A stretch of DNA of 63,168 bases, counting the filler, from Chiloscyllium plagiosum (Eukaryota): assembly GCF_004010195.1 (NCBI RefSeq). It is 5 parts of one record of this genome, joined end to end, with 100 filler letters (N's around TTAATTAATTAA, not from the genome) between each part and the next. Parts side by side here need not be neighbours in the genome. Positions count along the whole stretch, not along the records: positions 1 to 9,734 come from NC_057711.1; positions 9,835 to 17,017 come from NC_057711.1; 3 more parts are not named here. One strand, given 5' to 3'. Shown here one piece after another: positions 1-12,420 of the stretch. Positions within the stretch are counted from its first letter, which is position 1. The number at the start of each line of letters is the position of its first letter. The notes under the pieces are model-generated. The model had not been told where the DNA came from. It did not search any database and worked only from the letters and a program-made list of their open reading frames with translations. Position numbers and translations under genes: made by a program.

Positions 1-243
1 AGCTCCTTTTCCACCTATCCACTCCACCCTCTGCTCCCTGACGTTTCACCTTCATCTCCTCCCTCACTCACCGATTGTACTCTATGCTACACTCTCCCCA
101 CACCCACCCTCCCCTAGCTTATCTCTCCACGCTTCAGGCTCTCTGCCTTTATTCCTGATGAAGGGCTTTTGCCCGAAACGTTGATTTCGCTGCTCGTTGA
201 ATGCTGCCTGAATTGCTGTGCTCTTCCAGCACCACTGATCCAG
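1..243 (+). mobile_element. Penelope-like element terminal repeat (pLTR) fragment abutting a CR1
   Basis: C/T-rich tract, then cctgatgaagggcttttgcccgaaacg...gctgcctgaattgctgtgctcttccagcaccact. The same block recurs at 22944-23115, 34140-34232, 49415-49588 and 62832-63168, and two of these adjoin PLE coding remnants. Confidence 0.8.
151..186 (+). ncRNA. minimal type-I hammerhead ribozyme motif (PLE-associated), core intact
   Basis: CUGAUGA-A-[GGGC UUUU GCCC]-GAA-ACGU-U: conserved core, 4-bp helix II, palindromic ACGU helix III, GUU cleavage triplet. Helix I is weak (AUUC/GAUU). Confidence 0.7.
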
Positions 244-1612
244 ACTATAGACCGGTGAGCCTCATGTCATTGGTTGGCAGGTTGTTGGATGGAATCCTGA
301 GGGAGAGGATGTGCATGTATTTGGAAAGGCAAGGACTGATTAGGGATAGTCAACATGGCTTTGTGCGTGGGAAATCATGTCTCACAAACTTGATTGAGTT
401 TTTTGAAGAAGAAACAAAGAGGATTTATGAGGGCAGAGCAGTAGATGTGATCTATATGGACTTCAGTAATGCGTTCGACAAGGTTCCCCATGGGAGAGTG
501 ATCAGCAAAATTAGATCTCATGGAATACAGGGAGTACTTGCCATTTGGATACAGAACTGGCACAAAGGTAGAAAACAGAGGGTGGTGGTGGAAGGTTGTT
601 TTTCAGACTGGAGGCTTGTGACCAGTGGAGTGCCACAAGGATCGGTGCTGGGTCCTCTACTTTTTGTCATTTATATAAATGATTTGGATGCGAGAATAAG
701 AAGTACAATTAGTAAGTTTGCAGATTACACCAAAATTGGAGGCATAGTGGACAGCGAAGAGGGTTACCTCAGATTACAACAGGATCTTGACGAGATGGGC
801 CAATGGGCTGAGAAGTGGCAGATGGAGTTTAATTCTGATAAGTACGAGATGCTGCATTTTGGGAAAGCAAATCTTAGCAGGACTTATACACTTAATGGTA
901 GGGTTCTAGGGAGTGTTGCTGAACAAAGAGACCTTGGAGTGCACGTTCATAGCTCCTTGAAAGTGGAGTCGCAGGTAGGTAGGAAAGTGAAGAAGACATT
1001 TGATATGTTTTCTTTCATTGGTCAGAGTATTGAGTACAGGAGTTGGGAAGTCATGTGTGGCTGTACAGGACATTGGTTAGGCCACTGTTTGAATATTGTG
1101 TGCAGTTCTGGTCTCCTTCCTATCAGAAAGATGTTGTGAAACTTGAAAGGGTTCAGAAAAGATTTACAAGCATGTTGCCAGGGTTGGAGGAATTGAACTA
1201 CAGGGTGGGGCTTTTTTCCCTGGAATGTCGGAGGCTGAGGGGTGACCTTATAGAGGTTTACAAAAGTATGGGAGGCATGGATAGGGTTAATAGGCAAAGT
1301 CTTTTCCCTGGGGTCGGGTAGTCCAGAACTAGAGGGCATAGGTTTAGGGTGAGAGGGGAAAGATATAAATTAGACCTATGGGCACCTTTTTCACACAGAG
1401 GGTGGTGCTTATGTGGAATGAGCTACCAGAGGAAGGGTGGAAGCTGGTGCAATTGTAACATTTAAGAGGCATTTGGATGGGTATATGAATAGGAAGAGTT
1501 TGGAGGGTTATGGGCCGGGTGCTGGCAGGTGGGATTAGATTGGGTTGGGATATCTGGTCGGCATGGACGGGTTGGACCGAATGGTCTTTTTCCGTGTTGG
1601 ATATCTCTATGA
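244..1612 (+). mobile_element. CR1 LINE, 3' part of ORF2 (RT) plus 3' UTR, degenerate
   Basis: [62 protein letters not shown]; ends in a CTATGACT tail. Confidence 0.95.
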
Positions 1613-2283
1613 CTTTATGTCTCTATGACTCTATATCTCTATGACTCTATGACTCTATATCTCTATGATTCTATATCTCTATGACTCTATATCTCTATGA
1701 CTCAATGACTCTATGACTCTATATCTCTATGACTCTATGACTCTATATCTCTATGACTCTATATCTCTATGATTCTATGACTCTATATCTCTATGACTCT
1801 ATGACTCTATATCTCTATGACTCCATATCTCTATGACTCTATGACTCTATATCGCTATGACTCTATGATTCTATATCTCTATGACTCCATATCTCTATGA
1901 CTCTATGACTCTATAACTCTATATCTCTATGACTCTATGACTCTATATCTCTATGACTCTATATCTCTATGACTCTATGACTCTATATCTCTATGACTCT
2001 ATTTCTCTATGATTCTATGACTCTTTGACTCTATGACTCTATATCGCTATGACTCTATGACTCTGTATCTCTATGACTCTATGACTCCATAACTCTATAT
2101 CTCTATGACTCTATGACTCTATATCTCTATGACTCTATATCTCTATGACTCTATGACTCTATGACTCTATATCTCTATGACTCTATATCTCTATGACTGT
2201 GTGACTCTATATCTCTGTGACTTTATGACTCTATGACTCTCTATCTCTATGACTCTATGATTCTATATCTCTATGACTGTATG
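1604..2283 (+). repeat. 8-bp minisatellite (GACTCTAT/ATCTCTAT)n expanded from the CR1 tail
   Basis: About 680 bp of mixed 8-mers directly continuing the CR1 3' terminal repeat. Confidence 0.95.
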
Positions 2284-2606
2284 GCTGTAAATGCATGTTT
2301 TTGATTTTGGTCAATAAGTACAGAAAACATTCAGTGAATGAATGTAACAATTATACCTTACAGTAAAGTGATTAACATGTAACCATGGCATTATTCTCGA
2401 CTAGCACCCTTACGACTATCTCCATAACAGAATAAACTCGGAAGTTCCAAATCCTCCTTGGTGAGTTGTGGCCAGTAACTAAAGAAGTAGCTAGGAAATT
2501 CAAGGATTCAGTTTCAATACTGCCAGAGCTGCTTCAGCATGGTATTGATTTTGCACCTGGACAGATCAGATCCCAAAGAAATACCTGGCCTAATTGACAC
2601 TAACTT

Positions 2607-2911
2607 TGTTTTTTTTTCTTTTTCTTTTTCTTTTTTTTCTAACATATCTTCTGTTTTTTTCTCTTTTTTTTCTTATATATATATTTTTTAAATTTAACCC
2701 CCACACTACCACCTAAGTGCGGTAGTGCTTATTTTATCCCCAGCACCCATGTGTGTGTGCAGGTGTGAGACACAGTGAAAGACACAAAGTGCACAAATCT
2801 TTATTCGATTTCCACCACCAGGAAGATAGGAAAACACCCGGGTGGCCAGTGACAAACACTGCCCTTCACATCAAAGGGCAGTGCTGTGTGATCAAAACAG
2901 TGAAGGGGAGG
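2607..2911 (-). mobile_element. unclassified retroposed 3' end with A-rich tail
   Basis: T-rich run 2607-2690 (A-rich tail on -), AATAAA on -, and two hairpins at 2704-2727 and 2857-2883. Confidence 0.35.
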
Positions 2912-3989
2912 GTACTTTGTTTATTCTTAACTGTGGAGGTCAATTACCGTACATATTATCAAATGCCTGTCAGTGTACTTTTACGATAAAGAATAAATGT
3001 TTATTAAACAAGGAAAAGAAGGCTAATTATATTATAACAGAGAAAAGGGTTAGAAAGATGCAAATGCAAACATTTGAAAAGAGTTTAAACTCACACTATT
3101 CCTTTCTATCCCAGAAGCAACCTTAAGATCTCCAAAACCAAGTGATGTTTATCACAAACTCCACTTCAAGCCTTCTTGCCCAAGTTGGCACAGCTACAAC
3201 CAGTTTCCTTCTGGTAATTTCAGGGCATTCACTGGAAACTTTTTCTTCAGCTGGAATCTCACCTTGACACACTCAAAACAAACTGCAAAGTAAATTCATT
3301 GTTTTCTGAACTTCAGAGCAAATACAAGAGTTCCAGTAACTTAGTTTCTAGCAGTCCTCCTATGGCACACACATTTACACTGATAATATGACTTCTACAT
3401 TTTTATATATGTGTGACTGGATCCCCAAATCCAGACAAGTACAGGTACTTTTGTATTCCTACATTTTTTCATGTCATAAACCACTAATCCTTATCCCTCG
3501 ACTTCAAGGGTTGTAAAACTTAAGAAAATCATATCAAAATGACACCTCCAGACTTCTCATCAAGTCTCACAAGAACCAATTTTTAAAAATAGAAATAAAA
3601 CCATGGGCTGAATCTTAAATTTCACTGAGAAAATCTCTTGGTCCAGAGGGTGATTAGAGTGTGTGATACACTACCACAAGTGTGAGTTGAGGTGAATAGC
3701 ATGGATGTAAATAGCATGGAGTGGTCAGCTCTCTCGCTGAGCAGTTTAGTTCAGGGCAGAACTAGTTGGCAAGTTCAGCAGCGGATTGTGAGAACAGGCT
3801 CTCTCTCTTTCTGCCCTTCTAACTTCAACCTGTAAGCATCTGTTTCATTTTTTATATTGTTTTTCAAGAGGGGTTACTTATATGTTATACAAGGGTGAAA
3901 GGAATTAAAGGGTATGCTGAGCAGGTGAAGTAGAATAGGATAGGAAAAAGGCTCTCATGGATCATGAACACCAGCTTAGTTCCAAGCAC

Positions 3990-4103
3990 ATTCCTGATGA
4001 AGGGCTTATGCCCAAAATGTTGATTCGCCTGCTCCTTGGATCCTTTCCCAGCACCACATATTTCTACTCTGATCTCCAGCATCTGCAATGCTCATTTTTT
4101 TCC
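3990..4103 (+). mobile_element. short PLE terminal fragment with decayed hammerhead
   Basis: cctgatgaagggcttatgcccaaaatgttgatt...ttcccagcaccac...ctccagcatctgca. Confidence 0.7.
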
Positions 4104-4533
4104 CAGCAGCTTAGTTCCAGCTTAGCTGAATGGCCTGTTTCCATGCCATCAACCTACATCATGACCATTTAACAGTTACCATTAAACTCACCATTTTCTT
4201 CCAGAAATTCAGATGTGATTTATAATAATTATGAGGTGGAAATTTTAATCAACCTGCTTGGACATGGTATAACACACTTCTAACACAGATGGGACTTCTG
4301 TCTCAAAGGCAGAGACTCTACTACATTGCCACAAGAGCTCCCAATTAAGAGATAAACTTGCTCATTCAAAGAGATCCAACATTCAATCATATTAACAAAG
4401 TTCAATCCTCCACCATTGCCCCTACCATAATCAGAGAATCATAGACTCGTACAACACAGAAGAGACTCTTCAATCCATCAAATCTGCAATGACAAAAATG
4501 AATGTTAAGGCATTTCAATTGCTCATCCACAAC

Positions 4534-4568
4534 CACCTGATGAAGGAGCAACGCTGCAAAAGCTAGTG
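4534..4568 (+). ncRNA. hammerhead motif, family B (decayed)
   Basis: CAC-CUGAUGA-A-GGAGC AAC GCUGC-AAA-AGCU-A-GUG; homologous to 31670-31704; G12 mutated to A. Confidence 0.55.
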
Positions 4569-4597
4569 CTTCCAAATAATAACCTTGTTTTTAACTT

Positions 4598-5005
4598 TAA
4601 AGGTTGTGATGTTTCCTACTGTAACTGCCCTCCCAGGTAGTACATTCCAGACCCCTAGCATCCCTTGGGTGAAAGTAATTTCCCTCATATATCCACTAAA
4701 CCCCCTGCTTTTCACTTTAAAATTATGCCCCGTTATTGACCTTTCAACTAAGGGCAATAATTGCTTTCTGTCTACCATGTCCATGTCCTTCATAATCTTA
4801 AACACCTCAAACAGTTCCTCTTTCAACTTTCTCTGCTGTACGGAAAACAACCTAAGCTTATCTAGCCTCTCTTCATGACTGAAATATTGCATCACAGGCA
4901 ACACCCTTGGGAATCTCCTTTGCACTCCCTCCACTTTGCAATCACCTCCTTCCTGTAGTGTAGTGACCCGCTCTGCACACAGTACTCCAGCTGTGACCTA
5001 ACCAA
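4598..5005 (-). mobile_element. CR1 3' fragment
   Basis: ORF 4563-4934(-): EGVQRRF...EERLDKLRLFS...ELFEVFKIMK...FTQGMLGVWNVLP. Confidence 0.85.
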
Positions 5006-7399
5006 AACGTTTGTAACAAGCCCAACTTCATTGTTCAAATAAAATAATCATATTTTTCTCAACACCCTTCAGCATCTCTTACCAAGCAATAACATTGCTA
5101 GCTCAGCAAGAATATTGGAATTTGATTGCAGCAAAGTGCCTACTTCCATCATGATGTCATTGAGTGCTCTGCTAGCAGTATGGAGGTGTGACACATGTCA
5201 TGGTTGTAACTTGAAACTTGTGGGAGGGACACTGGGAGATGTGGAGTGTCAGGGGTCAAGGAAATAACTTTTTGGGAAACTAATGATTTTAGTTTAACTG
5301 CTCCTAACACTATGTGGCCACTGCAATTTTAATAACTGTATTTATTAATCGACCACTGACTCATATCCCAGCTGAAGAGGTTGCTGGTATGTGGATAATT
5401 CAATGGCATGGGCTGGTTATCAGGATTCAAGGAAACAGAAGTGGATGGGGTGGTAAAATATTCATGCAGTAGAGAGCAGGAGAGTCCAGAGGAGGGGAAG
5501 GCTAACCTCACCCTGTGGGGCTCTGAGAATTATCCTGAATTCCCAAAACAAAGTGTAAAATCCTATCAGGAGGAATTCAAAAATTCACTGCCTGAAGTAA
5601 TGTGAACTCATGTGCAAGAGCAGATAGTTAAAACAGCAAGGTTAGCAGCTGAAGTGGCTGATGATTATGAGCTGGTCCATAAAACATAGCTTGTCTTCCA
5701 GAATCAATTTCAGTCCATGAAGGATAGAAACTGGGGCAAAGAGAAATCCTCACGTGGAAAGGGAAAACATTTCTCAGTGATGATCATAAGGATAATTTAC
5801 CACAGGGAGTCAAAGAAGTTAAAAAGCTCCGGTGTTTTCATTGTAATAAAATGGGCTACACAAAATCACAGTGTTGGTGGGCTAGGAGAAAGCCAGATGT
5901 GGGAAAATTCCCAAGCTTGGGAGTTTTGTTGGACTAGTAACAAAAAGCACAAGGGAAGTTAGACAACTGCCTCAGAGTGTACAAGATGGTCAGAGGCTGA
6001 TGAAGGACCAAGTGCCAGATCTGCTTAAAAAAATTACATGCAAAGGTAAAGTTTATTCACATAGGCCGGGAGCAGTAGGTAAAGAGGGTACAGTATTAAG
6101 GGACACAGGATCCCCTCAGTCTGTGATGCTGAAGGATGAGGAGATATGCATTCCTGAGGGACGATTGCCAAAAAAGGTATTGGTAACAGGAATTCAAGGT
6201 GAGACAAAAAGTGCTCAATTATGTAAAGTGAGGCTAGAGAGTGCAGACAAGAGTGGAGAATTTGTGGTAGGAGTACTGGACAAACTCTCAGCTCCAGGAA
6301 TACAATTTGTCCTTGCAACTGATATAGCTAATTCACCAGTAGGTGTGCTGCCTACTCTAGATGAAGGATGTTTTTCCAACAATTGTCCCTAATTGTGCAG
6401 TCACAGGATCACAGAGGTACAAGTTGAAGCAGGAGAGATCAAAAGGCACAGATAAGGAAATAAGGAAGCTGACATAGTGTTATCCCAGGCCTTTTTTGAT
6501 CAGATAAGTGGAACAGAGAAGGAGCAAATAGTTAAACATGCAAATATCTTTAGCTCTGCTAAGCTGATTGAATTACAGCAGAAAGATGAGAACTTAAAAC
6601 AGTTATATCAAAAGGCATATACACAGAAGGAAAGTGAATGCTTTCCTGTGTGTTATTACTTAACGAATGATGTCTTAATGAAGAAATGGAGATCATCACA
6701 AATTCAAGCAGATGAGAAATGGGCAGAGATTCATCAAATTGTTTTGCCAGTAAGGTATAGAAAGGAGGTACTGTGTGTGGTGGTACCATATGGAGGAATG
6801 TTTCACAAGAGTCTTGACTGATTGTGCAGGTCCTCTACCTCAAACAAAAAGTGGGAATAAGTATTTATTAACAATAATGGATGCGTCAACTAGATTTCCA
6901 GAGGCAATCCCATTACGCAACATCATAGCTAAAACAGTTGTAGAAGAATTACTTAATATCTTTACGAGATATGGACTACCAATAGAGATCCAGTTAGATC
7001 ATAGATCAAACCTCACATCCAAACTATTCAAGGAGGTTATGGATAACTTGGGAATAAAGCAATTCAAATCTATTGCATACCATCCAGAATCGCAGGGACC
7101 GCTGGAGAGATGGCATCAAACACCAAAGACCATGTTGAGGGCTGATGGTCAGGATTATCCATCTGATTGAGGTAAGGGAGTTCCATTTGTACTTTTTGCA
7201 ATCAGAGATGCACCGAATGAATCGACCCAAATTCAGTCCATTTGAATTCATTTTTTGGGCACGAAGTAAGAGAACCATTAAAATTGATTAAGGAGAAATT
7301 AATAAGTCAGAATTCGGAGACAACCCATTTGGACTCTGTGTCACATTTTAGAGAACGATTAAATAGAGCTGGACAGTGGGCTAGACAGCATTTAAAAGT

Positions 7400-7525
7400 A
7401 GGAGGAGAAAGTGAGGTCTGCAGATGCTGGAGATCAGAGATGGAAATGTGGTGCTGGAAAAGCGCAGCAGGTCAGGCAGCATCTAGGGAACAGGAGAATC
7501 GACGTTTCGGGCATTAGCCCTTCTT
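7400..7525 (-). mobile_element. 126-bp PLE terminal-repeat insertion in the Gypsy integrase
   Basis: Flanked by 14-bp direct repeat cagcatttaaaagt (7386-7399 and 7526-7539). On - it carries CUGAAGA-A-GGGC UAAU GCCC-GAA-ACGU-C, with the first core bases overlapping the repeat. Confidence 0.85.
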
Positions 7526-8309
7526 CAGCATTTAAAAGTGTCACAACATACAATGAAACAAGAAGTAGATAAGAAATCACAAATTTGCAAGTTTGCAGTT
7601 GGGGATAAGGTATTAGTGTTACTTCCAGTAACAGGTGAGCCTTTAAAAGTAAGGTTTAGTGGACTTTATCAAATTGAGAGGAAATTGATTGAGGTGAACT
7701 ACTTAATAAGGACTCCAGACAGGGAGAAATTTCACAGAGTGTGTCATGCGAATATGCTCAAAAAGTATTTTGATCAGGAAGGAAAGCAAGAGGAGAAGGT
7801 GTTAATGATTACAGCACAGAAGGAACAACCAAGCTCAGAGGATTCTGAATTGGACATTCCTCAAATCAGATTGGACAATGAGGAAGTTGTCAAAAATTGG
7901 GATAAATTATTAAGTTACCTTCCACAAAAAAATCAAAATGACCTGAAAGAGTTATTACTATTACATGGGGAAATATGCGAAAATAAACTGGGAAGTACTA
8001 ACCTAACTGTGCACAATGTGGACATAGGAGATGCTTTTCCAATTAAGCAACATCCTTATAGGTATCACCCTCTAAAGTTGGCACAGGTTCAGAAGGAGAT
8101 AGAGCNNNNNNNNNNNNNNNNNNNNNNNNNNNNNNNNNNNNNNNNNNNNNNNNNNNNNNNNNNNNNNNNNNNNNNNNNNNNNNNNNNNNNNNNNNNNNNN
8201 NNNNNNNNNNNNNNNNNNNNNNNNNNNNNNNNNNNNNNNNNNNNNNNNNNNNNNNNNNNNNNNNNNNNNNNNNNNNNNNNNNNNNCCAAAGCCAGATTTT
8301 ACCCAATGG

Positions 8310-8527
8310 TTATAGAACATAGAACAGTACAGCACAGAACAGGCCCTTCAGCCCACAATCAGCCGACCATTGATCCTCATGTATGCACCCCCAAATTTCT
8401 GTGACCATATGCATGTCCAGCAGTCTCTTAAATATCCCCAATGACCTCACTTCCACAACTGCTGCTGGCAACGCATTCCATGCTCTCACAACTCTCTGTG
8501 TTAAGAACCCGCCTCTGACATCCCCTA
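8310..8527 (-). mobile_element. CR1 3' end inserted in the Gypsy RT
   Basis: (atagaac)n tail plus reverse-complemented FLTQRVVRAWNALP coding sequence. Confidence 0.75.
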
Positions 8528-9564
8528 TCGCATGACTATCGCAAAGTCAATGCCATTACAAGGACAAAATCATATCCAATTCCACGATTGGAGGACTGTG
8601 TCGAAAAAGTGGAACAAAAAACTCACATTTCAAAATTGGATTTGCTCAGAGGCTACTGGCAATACCTGTGTCAGAGACAACAAAGGCAATTTCGGTTTTC
8701 GTAACGCCACATCGACTGCATCAATTCAAAGTCATTCCATTTGGTATGCAAAACACTCCAGTCACTTTTCAGACACTAATAAGTTCATTGCCAGATTACC
8801 CAACTGTGTGGTGTATATTGATGACCTGGTAATTTTTAGTCACTCATGGAAGGAACATTTATCGAACATTTTAAGCATTTATCGAACTTTTTCGATTGAC
8901 ATCAGAAGGCAGGCTAGGTGGTAAACCGAGCTAAAAGGGAATTTGCCAAAACCCATGTCACTTTCCTGGGCCATGATCTTGGACATGGACAAATGGCCCC
9001 ACGAGATGCCATTGGGGAAGTAATTGGGGAATTTCCCATACCGTCGACGAAAAAAGTAGTACTACGGTTCCTGGATTTTACCGAATGTTTATGCCAAACT
9101 TTAGCAGTGTGGCTGCTTCACTCACTGAATTACTAAAAAAGGGCAAGAAGTTTCAATGGACAGCAGACTGTCAAAAGATATTTGACAGCCTAAAAACTGT
9201 GTTGACTACTGTTCCAGTATTAGCCACATCAGATTATAGGAAACCTTTCAAGGTGGCTATCGGTGTCAGTGATGTGGGTGTCAATGCGGTGCTCCTGCAG
9301 GAGGATGACGAGGGAATAGAAAGATCCATCAGGTATTTTTCCAGAAAGTTGAACTTTCATCAACAGAAATATTCAATGGTGGAGAAAGAGACTTTAAGCT
9401 TGGCTTTGGCATTACAACATTCCAGTGTTTATATTACCAGCAATGCATCAATCATACACACTGATCATAATCCATTGACATTTGTGGAAAAACTTAAGGA
9501 CAAAAATGCCAGACTGTTTCCATGGAGCTTGTTGCAGCCATTCAGTTTGACAATTGTGCAAAAT

Positions 9565-9734
9565 CCACAAACCTGACTGCCCCTGACGATCCATTGTCTC
9601 AGCCTGCTCCTGCCCCACCGAACTCATCTCTGCATACCTCGACATGGTCCTGTCCCCCTTAGTCCAAGAACTCCCCACCGACATTCGGGACACCACCCAT
9701 GCCCTCCACCTCCTCCATGATTTTCGCTTCCCCC
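9565..9734 (+). mobile_element. PLE reverse transcriptase fragment
   Basis: HKPDCP*RSIVSACSCPTELISAYLDMVLSPLVQELPTDIRDTTHAL resembles the PLE RT N-terminal motif HKP..P.RPIVS. Confidence 0.8.
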
Positions 9735-9834
9735 NNNNNNNNNNNNNNNNNNNNNNNNNNNNNNNNNNNNNNNNNNNNTTAATTAATTAANNNNNNNNNN
9801 NNNNNNNNNNNNNNNNNNNNNNNNNNNNNNNNNN
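9735..9834. other. assembly gap with six-frame-stop linker (44N+TTAATTAATTAA+44N)
   Basis: Identical 100-nt structure at 17018-17117, 39954-40053 and 50707-50806. Confidence 0.95.
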
Positions 9835-11502
9835 TGTCAATGTAGGGGCGGTGTGGACAGGGACTGTCGGTGTAGGGGTGGAATAGGCGTATCTGGTCTC
9901 TGGAATAACAGTCCAACAATAATACCGCTCGGCCAACACCTCCTCTCAATAAAGGGAAGGTATGGAAAGTGTCTGTCAAAATAGTAGCAGTACATGTAGT
10001 GTTTGTCAATACAGGGATGGTGTCTCTATTGACCGTCACTGTCCATGCGGTAGACTGTAGTCAGTGACAGTCAATAAAGGTTGTTGGAGCTGCATTTGTC
10101 CAGGCACGTTGGGCATATTCCATCACATTTCAGACTTGTGCTTTTTAGATCATTCACTTCCCTGCATGAGTTCAGCTCCAACAATATAATAAGCTCAACA
10201 CTATGCTTGACAAAGCACCCCCTTTGATTGACTCCCCATTCACCACCTTCTGCGTTCCTTCCCTTCACCACTGCGCATTCCATCTGCAAGATATATTGCA
10301 GCACTAAATCTCCCCCAACAGCACCTTCCACACTTGTGATCTGTAACACCGTGAAGGACAAGGACAACAGTTGCATGGAATCTGACCTGTAAATTCCCCT
10401 CCAAGCTACTTACCATCCTGATTTCAAACAGTAGTGCTGTTCTTTCAGTGACACTAGATCAGAAAAGTTATAAGGACATGGCCCAGGAGCTGGAAATCAG
10501 GATTAGTGTAGTTGGATCTTTGTTGTGACCGGTGCGGACGCAATGAGTTGAATGGCCACCTGAGCTGCAAATGTTTAGCAGTCTGTCTGTGGATTTCAAG
10601 AAGACACCACCATCTTTTGAAGGGCTTTTGGGGATGGACAGTAAATGGTGGCCTCGTCAGCTCTGCCCATATCCAGGAATAGGCATATAAAAACAATTAA
10701 AATCAGGCTGTTCTGCATTCATGTCAGCAAAATAACTCACTTACGAAAGTCAGGAGAAATCTGTTACTTCCCCTAAAAACCTTTTGAGGATGAGTAAAAT
10801 CAAAAGCACCAAGACCATAAGAAATGGAAATAGGAGTAGGCCATTTGGTCCCTTGAGCCTGCTCTGTCATTCAATAAGATCATGACTGACCTAAGGTTTC
10901 TCATATCCACTTTCATATGTTTTCCCCATAATCCTTGATTCCCCTACTGATGAAGAATCTATCTATCTCAGCCTTAAATGTACATGAGAACTCTGCCTTC
11001 CACAGCTCTCTGTGGCAGTATTTCAGAAGACTTTCAGCCTGCCAAGAGAAGAAATACTCCCTCATCTCAGTCTTAAATTTGCACCCCTTTATTCTCAGAC
11101 TATGTCCTGTTCTAAGCTGAGATTTGTATATTTATGTTTAGCAAAGGGACTCAAAGGTACAAGTCAATGAGTTAAGGTACAAGTAAACCATGAACAGGCT
11201 TGAAGGGCTGAATGGCCTCTCATAGTTCCTGTACTCTTAACATTTTCTTCTGACTTCTAATTATAGTTGAGATATCATTTTAAAATGCCTAAGATATATG
11301 ACTTTAAAATGGGGATAGAGTTAAGTTGCTTAATTTAAATGATTGAACTCTTTAAGCACATAAAAATGTAAATGCCCTAGTTATGTTCTGCTTCAGAACT
11401 GCAAATGAGCGAGAGAGGTTAAAAGATTATGTTTCAGATCAATGATCTTTTATTGGAACTGAAAAATAAACTTGGCGATTTACTTTTTTATTCTTTCTCC
11501 AG

Positions 11503-11627
11503 ATCACTCAAATTAATGGATCTGTTTCTTGTCAGAATGGAATCCTACTCCTCAAAGGAAAGGTTTACACTGATGTGAAGACATTGGGCAAGGAACTTTT
11601 CATTTTCTTTGGCCTAACTACGCTAAG
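11503..11627 (+). CDS. NEIL3: NEIL3 DNA glycosylase, exon 2
   Basis: ttctttctccag|ATC...CTAAG|gtagtc; 125 nt; ITQINGSVSCQNGILLLKGKVYTDVKTLGKELFIFFGLTTL(R), matching human VYSGVETLGKELFMYFGPKALR including the catalytic Lys of LGKELF. Confidence 0.92.
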
Positions 11628-12420
11628 GTAGTCTGTCTTTTTTTTTAACTGAATAAAGTACACCCTTGTTGAAAGACTCTGTTTATTGTAATAATCCTGC
11701 AAAAATGTTGGACACTGAAATGTAAGATTCAAGTTCAACTTTTCCGTGGCTGAATTCAATGATAATGTCTCCGCTGAGTCCTCTGAAAAGGACAAGTATT
11801 GACTGAGAGCCCTGCCCTGGGTTGTTGCTCTTAATCACCACCTATGTTGGAGCAGTCATAAATATGCACGCAAGAATTTTGAAATAAGAAGTGCTTAGGA
11901 AGTGCTGAGGGTTATCTTAGTGAGCTGCAGGTTTTTAAAATGTTTAAAAATATTGCTGCAATGTATTGAATTGCATGGTTTAATTACTTAGTCATTGTAT
12001 CCATAATATATTGCTCAATGTATTAATATCATAGAGATCAAATAGTTAGTATAGTCTCTTTCTCATTGCTTTGTGGAATGTAGTTATTGCTGAATCAAAT
12101 TAATTGCAGTGTTTTATTTATAATGTATTGAGCCAGTAAGAACAGTTTTTGTATCATTGAAGAAAAATTGGGAAAACCATTTTTTGAAGGCATAGTTTAG
12201 CTTCAGTGCTAACTTCAAAAATCATACAGTAGAACTGCTGTGGATAAATGATATCTGGAATGTGTTTGCATGTCAGTACTTTGGCTTGTATTGAGAATAG
12301 AACTTGACCGTTTGTGAACAAAACACTGAACTCCAACTCAAACAATGCCAGTTCCAACATTTACATGATCTTTATATCTGACTTGTTCCACTAGACCTTG
12401 ATAGTCTACTGTTTTTTTTA

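Larger units (their letters stand above)
5400..9574 (+). mobile_element. Gypsy LTR retrotransposon internal region with Gmr1-like domain order (gag-PR-IN-RT-RH), degenerate
   Basis: gag remnant EEFKNSLPE...AAEVADDY, Zn knuckle CFHCNKMGYTKSQC (~5832), protease LRDTGS (~6095), integrase DCAGPLP..YLLTIMDASTRFPEA..YHPESQGPLERWH (6800-7150) with a GPY/F-like tail, RT PIKQHPYR / DYRKVN / YIDDLVIFS (8000-8860), RNase H SDVGVNAVLLQ..YFSRKL..EKETLS..HTDHNPL (9230-9500). Confidence 0.9.

Noticed and set aside
201..1139. 312-aa ORF as a functional RT gene
   Set aside because: A chance fusion of PLE terminal sequence with a decayed CR1 RT (FADY for FADD, frameshift near 1055).
1604..2283. CRISPR-like regular array
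   Set aside because: No unique spacers; a simple 8-bp tandem repeat in eukaryotic DNA.
9779..9790. Palindromic TTAATTAATTAA repeated four times (also 17062, 39998, 50751)
   Set aside because: Always centred in exactly 44N+12+44N; an artificial six-frame-stop scaffolding linker, not biology.
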